A stretch of DNA of 64,000 nucleotides from a virus (Duplodnaviria; Caudoviricetes): positions 1 to 64,000 of the IMG/VR virus record IMGVR_UViG_3300038345_000103; one strand, written 5' to 3'. This document shows positions 57,344 to 64,000 of the stretch, piece by piece (position 1 is the stretch's first letter; each line of letters begins with the position of its first letter). A program made the position numbers and the translations under genes. Below the pieces are notes generated by a model. That model was not told where the DNA came from, made no database searches, and saw nothing but the letters and a program-made list of their open reading frames with translations.

Positions 57344-60300
57344 TTAAATCTCTTCGCCGTCAACATATATAGTATCATATTTATTTTTAGGGGTATAGTA
57401 AACTAAAGGCATAGCTGCCGCACCCGAATATGCCTGTCCGACATAAGATGTTCCATCTGTTGTCGTATACATATTGGAAAATGTAGCATAATATTGTTGC
57501 TGTACAAGACTCGTTCCGTCATCAGATAATTTAAATCTAAAATACTCTTTAAATTTATTCGGAAAGTTCCAACAAGTATAATATGTTCCTGATGCAGGGT
57601 CTTGTATTCCATCGTTATCCCAAAGTTTTAATCCGTTTCCAAGTGCAAATTCGTCAGAGCGGAAAGCTGCCACAAGGTATCCTCGAATATCTTTCGCACC
57701 ATTAAACAACAAAAATGAATCATATACATTACTACCCGTTGCCGCTACAAGCATTTGTGCTATTTGACTTATTGTAACTTCTGCTCCTGCCTGATTGCTG
57801 ACTTGCTCTATCGGGAATTTGGTATTAGGAGATGGTAATAAATATGGATGTGCCACTGGAGGGGCAACTCTATCTCCACCACCATTATAACCATTCTGAC
57901 CACCAACAGCAATATAAAGAACATCGCCCTCATGAAGTTCAACTTCACCCGTACAGTATCCGCCATATCCGCCATCATAAGTGTTAATAGTTCCTCCTTG
58001 GGCACCCCAAACTTCAAGCTGATATACACCACTAACAGGAACAGTCCACGATTGGACAGTGCCTGTATAATTAAATTCATATGAACCTGAGCGTGAAATT
58101 ACATAGGTATTGCTTTCCTTTGATGTATCATCAACTAGAGCAAATATCTTTACATATACATCACCTATCGGAATATCAGATATTTCTGCAATCTGAGAAG
58201 TATAAGCTTGTATTGTAAAGTTTCTTTGACGATATGCTAATATACCATCGTCCTCATCTTCAGGTTCTGACCCTAACTTATAAACAATTTTAAGGTCATT
58301 ATAGAAGCCGGGGAATAAGCTATAATTTACACTGCCCAAAGTATCTTCCACAATAATGCTGTCAATATAAGGAGCATCACCTGTATTAATAGCATCCATA
58401 TCGCTTGACAGTTTATGTTCTGATGTAACTGCATATACAGTATAATAATATTTACCCTTAGACTGATACTTAATGGTATTATCAACATAAGGAGTACTTT
58501 TATACTTATCACGATTTGATTCTCCACTATATTCAGTTAAGATTGTACCATCAGTAATAAAAGTATCTCCTTCATAATATGATTCTGCAGGAGAGCCAGC
58601 TTTACGAACCACAATAGTTCTTTCCCAAAGAGCAAATAATTCATCGGCGGGGTCATCCCACTGTACTGTTGTTACCTGCTCATCGTCATCATAATTAACT
58701 GCCAAATTGTAAGGAGCATCCAATGTATCCTGTTTGGGCTTTGCATTTGTGGCATACACAAAAACATCAATTGTTTCTGAAGGTGCAGTACCTAAATACT
58801 TAAATTTTAATTTATTCTTTGCCTTTTTAATACACACAATACCAGCATTATAGTAATCTACTGCACTTGCGTAGGCAGGAGTGATATATAAGCATTGTTT
58901 TTCTTTTGTACCCTCATCATTATCTTTCGTAATACCAATAACATCTATTACTTGACATTGTTCATTATCCCAATCATTAGGGTCAAGAGCAATCTTAACA
59001 TACTCCGTACCTAACAAAATGTTATCCATATAGACACGTTTAAAATATCCAAACTTCCAAGGAAATTTATGTGAACCAATATTACATTCACCGGTTTGGT
59101 CATTTGATGCACCGTGCCCATCATCTTTTGAGTCGCTTGCTAAAAGGTTTCTGCTTCGAGTTAATGATACATAATAACGTTTACCATTCTGTCCGGCGAT
59201 AGGGGCACTACGCAATTTCCACGCATTATGTGCATGGTCAAGAGCATAACTGTTATCATCAGCCGTAATAACAGGATACCCTCCGACATAACCCGCATCA
59301 GCATAAATCGTACCTTTAATACGAAGTTCTCCCGTTGTACCATCAGAATATAAAGCTGGTGTTCTTATAAGACCATTGATAAGATTAAACAAGCTACCTG
59401 AATCCGAAAAGTACTGTCCTGTAGTAAAGCGGTAATTTGCCGACTTGATTTCACCAGTCATGATATTATCACCACTGATTACAGTTTCACCATCAGTAAG
59501 GTCACCCTCAAATACAACAGTACCACCAAGCGTGATATTACCTGTTGTACTTATATCAATACCATTATACTTAATAGTAATAGTACTTGCCCTGTCACCA
59601 TTTTGTACCGTAAGAGTAATCCTATCTAACTCTTGAGCAATCAATGAAAGAGCCTGTTCAGCCGAAATCTTTCCTTCAATCAAACCATCAAGCACATTAA
59701 AAGTTGTATTAACAGTACCGCCCATCATACCCTGACCATAAGCATCACTATAAGCATAGTCATTTGATATATTATCAGACCTTTGTACTAAGTTAGATTG
59801 TCCCTGATTATTTGCCTTATAGAAATTATTAACAACATCCAACGTTTTTGCCATAGACTTACGCATTCTATTAACAACACCATTATCCAATGATATGTCA
59901 GCAAAGTTGACATTGATAGCATCAAGGTTTTCAAAGTCCACTTCATAATCAATCAGACGGAGTTTATATAAGATTCCATTGCTATCCATAATCCTTATCC
60001 AGTTACCAACCTGAAAATTATCCCTTAATGCCGAAAATTCATCAATAACAAGTAAGTTCTGTAGATTTGTACTGATGTTATAACTATACTTGTTATTTTC
60101 CTTAATCTTATATTCAGCCTGAAGAACAAACTCATAAGCACGTTTTATCAACTCAGAATTACTTAAAGAATCAGAAATAAATGCACTGTCAGTATAATCG
60201 AACTTCTTACGGAAGGACGTGGATATATAATTATCATTTGAAAAATCAGCCTCACGCCTGAACGCATTCAGTTCAACCCATTGTTCCGGTGTAAGATTAT

Positions 60301-62245
60301 TTTCAAGTTTCATAATGGCTATAGTATCTGTAATCATTTCCCATAATTTAGCCACCATAGATGTTGTTGAATCTTTAAAGTCAACGGCTTTGACTTCGCT
60401 TTCTCTTTCACCTAATGCACTTTGAATTATTCCTATTTTACTCTGAATCTGAGCATATATTATATATGCATCGCTGCTCCAATTATCAGCCCCAATACTG
60501 ACAAGCATCTCAAGGGCTTTAGCAAAACAATCACCAATACTTTGAAGCATTTGATATGAATAATATCTCAGGGCATTATAAAAATCGCCAGTACTGATAA
60601 TATATAAATTTTCAATCGATGTGTTACCCTGACTTCTATTCAACAATGTTTGCATAACACTGTTTTGAGCATAATTATAAATGTTCTCATTGATTGTAAT
60701 ATATAATGTGTTTGTTACCGCAGTATCTGATTTATCATAATAATTGGTTACAGATAATCTACCATACCATGTATATGTATCACTACCTCTTGAAAGACCT
60801 TGATAAATAACCTGAATATCATATAAAGGGTTTGATTTAATCTTGGCATAATTAACCACCGCAGCCGACGCCTGAGCTAACGTTAATGTATCTATATTGT
60901 ATACTGCAACAGGCGACAATGCTTCTTCTGTTAATTCGGCAACAATTTGAGCCGCCGTTGTACTGTCATTTTCAACTGAAGGCATAAGTGAATGATTAAG
61001 ATATTCACCCATATCTAAAGCACCATAATAAGTCTCAATCAATTCTGAATAACCAGTAATAGAATCAACAGGCTCGACAGTAACGCTCGGGTCTAAAGCA
61101 CGATATTTATTAACAATATAATTATAATATCCATAAGGCAATAACGACATGTCGAACACATGTGTGTTTTGATAATCATTATACAAACTTTCGTACGTAT
61201 TTAAAGCCGTCTTTAATCCGTCGCTCATTTCATTTTTCATCTCATCAGAAAATGACCATACGTATCCCCCATTAGGATTACACTGACGAATTGCAGCAGT
61301 CATTAAATCATCCCCGCCGGTCACATGGTAACAGTTACATATCGCTTCACTATTCCTTGTTATCGTGAGATTATTTCCAAGGCTCTCTCTGCTCACCAGA
61401 ATGCCCGTATTTGCCCCGAAACCCTCATTAAGGTCAGAACTACCACACTCAGGACAAACGCCCGTAAAATGACCACGATAACCGCAATCATTACAGCTTG
61501 TTAAAGCATCATATACATTAACCGTTCTATTATGTGTTACACTGCAATCAAAATCAACAATAATAGATTCTTCTTCAGCGACAGTCTTTAAACATTCCAT
61601 GATTGCATTACCATTAAATTCAAAAATACGCTGAATATCCATGATGCTCTCATCAACATGTCCGATTGTGTAATGTGGAGCATAACTAAATATCTTATGT
61701 AGGAGAGAAGAGTCTCTTAATATCTGCATTCTGTATGCGATTGTTTCTTCCTCTGTTTCTTTTGTGTATTTAGGGTCAGAGTTCCATATATCGTCATACC
61801 TATCTAAATCTGTCGGGTCTCTATATAATACAACAGGAAAGTTTGCATCATAATCCGGCAATATGATAGCAGCCTCAGTATTTATCTGAAGTCCATACAC
61901 CTTTATCAAATTCAATTCTGCTTCTGCTAAACGTGTCAAAGTTAAAGATTTATATACTCCATTTTCATCTTCAGACGTATCACATTCAATCGCAAAATAA
62001 CAATCCATTTCTAACACGTATATGAGCTTATACATGTTGATTTCATTCCAAAATGGTGTAAGTGTATCCCCGTCATTTTTATAGACCTTAAAAGCCATTT
62101 CAGGGGCATTCTCGCAACTATTCTTAAATACTACATCTTTAATATTAGTCAGAAGCCCAACCCTTTGCCCGCCTTTACTTGTCAAAATACACGTCGGATT
62201 CTCCGCCTTATTGGAGGTATCAAAGTTTAATGTTAAATTAATCAT
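57344..62245 (-). CDS. Large tail protein (Tal/hub-like N-terminus, coiled region, FN3-like segments, N-terminal part of a glycine-rich domain)
   Basis: 1633 aa after the Dit-like gene; FQVGNWIR..YKLRLIDYEVDF; FNYTG.VQ..P.SG.Y.LEVWGAQGG. Confidence 0.85.
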   Translation of the reverse strand: MINLTLNFDTSNKAENPTCILTSKGGQRVGLLTNIKDVVFKNSCENAPEMAFKVYKNDGDTLTPFWNEINMYKLIYVLEMDCYFAIECDTSEDENGVYKSLTLTRLAEAELNLIKVYGLQINTEAAIILPDYDANFPVVLYRDPTDLDRYDDIWNSDPKYTKETEEETIAYRMQILRDSSLLHKIFSYAPHYTIGHVDESIMDIQRIFEFNGNAIMECLKTVAEEESIIVDFDCSVTHNRTVNVYDALTSCNDCGYRGHFTGVCPECGSSDLNEGFGANTGILVSRESLGNNLTITRNSEAICNCYHVTGGDDLMTAAIRQCNPNGGYVWSFSDEMKNEMSDGLKTALNTYESLYNDYQNTHVFDMSLLPYGYYNYIVNKYRALDPSVTVEPVDSITGYSELIETYYGALDMGEYLNHSLMPSVENDSTTAAQIVAELTEEALSPVAVYNIDTLTLAQASAAVVNYAKIKSNPLYDIQVIYQGLSRGSDTYTWYGRLSVTNYYDKSDTAVTNTLYITINENIYNYAQNSVMQTLLNRSQGNTSIENLYIISTGDFYNALRYYSYQMLQSIGDCFAKALEMLVSIGADNWSSDAYIIYAQIQSKIGIIQSALGERESEVKAVDFKDSTTSMVAKLWEMITDTIAIMKLENNLTPEQWVELNAFRREADFSNDNYISTSFRKKFDYTDSAFISDSLSNSELIKRAYEFVLQAEYKIKENNKYSYNISTNLQNLLVIDEFSALRDNFQVGNWIRIMDSNGILYKLRLIDYEVDFENLDAINVNFADISLDNGVVNRMRKSMAKTLDVVNNFYKANNQGQSNLVQRSDNISNDYAYSDAYGQGMMGGTVNTTFNVLDGLIEGKISAEQALSLIAQELDRITLTVQNGDRASTITIKYNGIDISTTGNITLGGTVVFEGDLTDGETVISGDNIMTGEIKSANYRFTTGQYFSDSGSLFNLINGLIRTPALYSDGTTGELRIKGTIYADAGYVGGYPVITADDNSYALDHAHNAWKLRSAPIAGQNGKRYYVSLTRSRNLLASDSKDDGHGASNDQTGECNIGSHKFPWKFGYFKRVYMDNILLGTEYVKIALDPNDWDNEQCQVIDVIGITKDNDEGTKEKQCLYITPAYASAVDYYNAGIVCIKKAKNKLKFKYLGTAPSETIDVFVYATNAKPKQDTLDAPYNLAVNYDDDEQVTTVQWDDPADELFALWERTIVVRKAGSPAESYYEGDTFITDGTILTEYSGESNRDKYKSTPYVDNTIKYQSKGKYYYTVYAVTSEHKLSSDMDAINTGDAPYIDSIIVEDTLGSVNYSLFPGFYNDLKIVYKLGSEPEDEDDGILAYRQRNFTIQAYTSQIAEISDIPIGDVYVKIFALVDDTSKESNTYVISRSGSYEFNYTGTVQSWTVPVSGVYQLEVWGAQGGTINTYDGGYGGYCTGEVELHEGDVLYIAVGGQNGYNGGGDRVAPPVAHPYLLPSPNTKFPIEQVSNQAGAEVTISQIAQMLVAATGSNVYDSFLLFNGAKDIRGYLVAAFRSDEFALGNGLKLWDNDGIQDPASGTYYTCWNFPNKFKEYFRFKLSDDGTSLVQQQYYATFSNMYTTTDGTSYVGQAYSGAAAMPLVYYTPKNKYDTIYVDGEEI

Positions 62246-62258
62246 TGCATCACCTCAT

Positions 62259-63059
62259 TTATACTACAATCTTAATAATAGGTCTGTATTTAATTACCAT
62301 CGTACATGCCATTGAAGCCGTAATCGCATTAGCCCGTGAAGCCGCACTATTTGCTACTCTAGGGAAAATATAATTAAAATCATCAAGTAAGGTTGTATGC
62401 CCGCTATTTGAACTTGCAATTGAAGGATAAGTAAATGTTATCTTCTCATTCGCAGAGCAGTTCTTAACAATCGTAGTTCTATTTTCCAATGCATTAGTAA
62501 TAGATAAATTACCGCTGGCACCACAAGTAACCTCAACACTTGAAGGATAAATATATCCTATTTCGTCTGATGTGTCGTTCAATGTTTTTGTTAATGCATC
62601 AGATGTAAATGTGAGAGTAGAAGTAACCTCAGCCTTAACAGCGAACGGACGATTAGTTTTCATACTCAATTCAATACCATACATATCACCGCCGACTAGT
62701 ACGGCACTTACATTAAACGATGCTTCAAATGTAATATCTGTCCAACCCGTAGCATCAAACACTAATGGTCTGAAAGTCTTTTTATTTAACCACCTTGCCA
62801 ATGTTGAGAATTGCTCCGGTGTAATTATCATGTCCTTCTGCTCACTGACACAAGGCGACTTACAAATATAAAATGTTGCTTCTAAGCACTTATCATACTT
62901 ATAATCAGCCAGTAATTGCTTAGCACCCTTTTGCACAGGTACTGTACTAAATGATATTTCGGAACCAGTCGCCCGTTCCCCACCATTATCAAACGAACAT
63001 ACAGTATACCCTAATGTGCTTAATGTAGTACCATCATAAGTAAAATCCTTTACGTACAT
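62259..63059 (-). CDS. Distal tail protein (Dit-like)
   Basis: DFTYDG..LS.LG, WLN.K.F..L.F and TN.PF motifs; between the tape measure and large tail genes. Confidence 0.75.
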   Translation of the reverse strand: MYVKDFTYDGTTLSTLGYTVCSFDNGGERATGSEISFSTVPVQKGAKQLLADYKYDKCLEATFYICKSPCVSEQKDMIITPEQFSTLARWLNKKTFRPLVFDATGWTDITFEASFNVSAVLVGGDMYGIELSMKTNRPFAVKAEVTSTLTFTSDALTKTLNDTSDEIGYIYPSSVEVTCGASGNLSITNALENRTTIVKNCSANEKITFTYPSIASSNSGHTTLLDDFNYIFPRVANSAASRANAITASMACTMVIKYRPIIKIVV

Positions 63060-63071
63060 ATTATACCTCCC

Positions 63072-63371
63072 TTATGGCAGTAATTTATCAACCCTACGTT
63101 GCAATCGTGTACTGCCCATCATTTTATTACGAAATTCACGCATCTCCTGTAGAAGCTGTTCATATTCCTTATTCTTAGCCTCTACCTCTGCAACCGCCTG
63201 TTCCCATCGTTGATTTATCTGTTTAAGAGTTTCAATAAGTTCAGACTGCTCAATATCCGGCTCCATACACTTATTGATTAACTCATCATTTTCCAATTTA
63301 ACTTTCCCCAACTCTTCCTTGAGAGTTTTGTTTAATCTTTGTTCACGTTCATATTTGCTTTTATAATCCAT
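63072..63371 (-). CDS. Coiled-coil hypothetical protein
   Basis: AAAGGAG RBS; heptad-rich sequence. Confidence 0.65.
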   Translation of the reverse strand: MDYKSKYEREQRLNKTLKEELGKVKLENDELINKCMEPDIEQSELIETLKQINQRWEQAVAEVEAKNKEYEQLLQEMREFRNKMMGSTRLQRRVDKLLP

Positions 63372-63391
63372 ATCCTTTTATCTCCTTTTAA

Positions 63392-63425
63392 TAAAAATAG
63401 AAGAGGAGCTGTTACACCCCTCTTC
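63392..63425 (-). terminator. Rho-independent terminator
   Basis: GAAGAGG/CCTCTTC stem with TATTTTT on the - strand. Confidence 0.6.
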
Positions 63426-63434
63426 CTGTTAACA

Positions 63435-64000
63435 TCACTTATATTTACGTAATGAATTTGAATTGCTATTCAGCATATTATAAGTCATGCTCTGAATAAG
63501 ATATTCGAACGACTTATTCTTCTTACATTCATCAATAAATGATGCATAGTCTGTTACATTCTCAAGATTAATTGACATATTATAATTTACAGAGTTAGGC
63601 ATTCCATATACACTACTAGCAGCACGATTGAAGTCTAAGCCTCTCTGACTCATAGCATTATAAATTGCATACAGCCCCTGATTATAAGCCTGCTGGAATG
63701 CAGCACTATTTAATACGTCACTTGATACTGACTGCAGTTTAACACCACTTGTTGTAGTAACAGTAGACGATGTTGTCTTTGTTAAAGCACTCGGATTCTT
63801 TGTTTCCTTAACAACATCAGCATCAAACTTTCTCGCTAAAGCCTCAAGGTTCAAATTAAATTGCTTTGCAGACCCTGCAAGACTTTCAATATTAGCATAA
63901 AGTTCTGAACGATTAATCTTTTCATCCGAATACTGTTTATAATAATCCTGCAGTTCCGGTGTAATCTTCAAGACGCTCTCTCTAATACGTGATACATCGC
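63435..64000 (-). CDS. C-terminal fragment of a probable tape measure protein (5'-truncated by the window)
   Basis: Frame stays open to the window edge; N..INL.NV.D...F..C-terminal pattern; position upstream of Dit. Confidence 0.7.
   Translation of the reverse strand, partial: DVSRIRESVLKITPELQDYYKQYSDEKINRSELYANIESLAGSAKQFNLNLEALARKFDADVVKETKNPSALTKTTSSTVTTTSGVKLQSVSSDVLNSAAFQQAYNQGLYAIYNAMSQRGLDFNRAASSVYGMPNSVNYNMSINLENVTDYASFIDECKKNKSFEYLIQSMTYNMLNSNSNSLRKYK

Larger units (their letters stand above)
1..64000. mobile_element. Temperate tailed phage genome segment, SPbeta-like organisation, probably the non-integrated form
   Basis: Integrase with adjacent attP-like site, helicase/primase/DnaE replication module, tail and holin genes, dense small ORFs, no host housekeeping operons; phage genes lie on both sides of the att site. 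Confidence 0.95.

Noticed and set aside
1034-62871. Numerous short antisense or alternate-frame ORFs in the track (for example 1623-2084, 4499-4951, 25645-25938, 51727-52077)
   Set aside because: Fully nested opposite to, or out of frame with, well-supported genes, and lacking an RBS
1-64000. CRISPR array, DGR/retron reverse transcriptase, IS elements, alternative genetic code
   Set aside because: No regularly spaced repeats, no RT motifs, no transposase; genes read through normally in code 11 and the only complete tRNA is Gln(TTG)

Overview
Partial genome of a large temperate tailed phage with SPbeta-like gene organisation. The host is inferred to be a low-GC Firmicute (Clostridia/Lachnospiraceae-like), from strong AGGAGG ribosome-binding sites, sigma70 TTGACA/TATAAT promoters and the gene families present. 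+ strand, 1-49.5 kb: (i) a GC-rich, hairpin-dense non-coding region (1-920; candidate large ncRNA); (ii) an early region of many small hypothetical genes plus an M28 peptidase, DUF5688, YubB-like, HicA, DUF932, a Dam-family MTase with a PD-(D/E)XK nuclease, and GP88; (iii) a tyrosine recombinase / DGQHR-ParB-like / catalytically degenerate recombinase trio resembling SPbeta yopP-yopQ-yopR; (iv) replication genes (SSB-like, AAA ATPase, DnaB-like helicase, primase, exonuclease, and a DnaE split by a group I intron carrying an HNH homing endonuclease); (v) tRNA-Gln(TTG), a tRNA-like RNA with a 124-nt insert, the integrase and an attP-like site. - strand, 49.6-64 kb, the end of the late region: tape-measure C-terminus, distal tail protein, large tail protein, three further tail-tip genes that carry pieces of a split glycine-rich domain, two glycosyltransferases, another tyrosine recombinase, a holin and a beta-helix protein. 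I found no CRISPR array, reverse transcriptase or transposase. GATC appears absent in every stretch I read. All family assignments come from motif recognition by eye, not from database searches.
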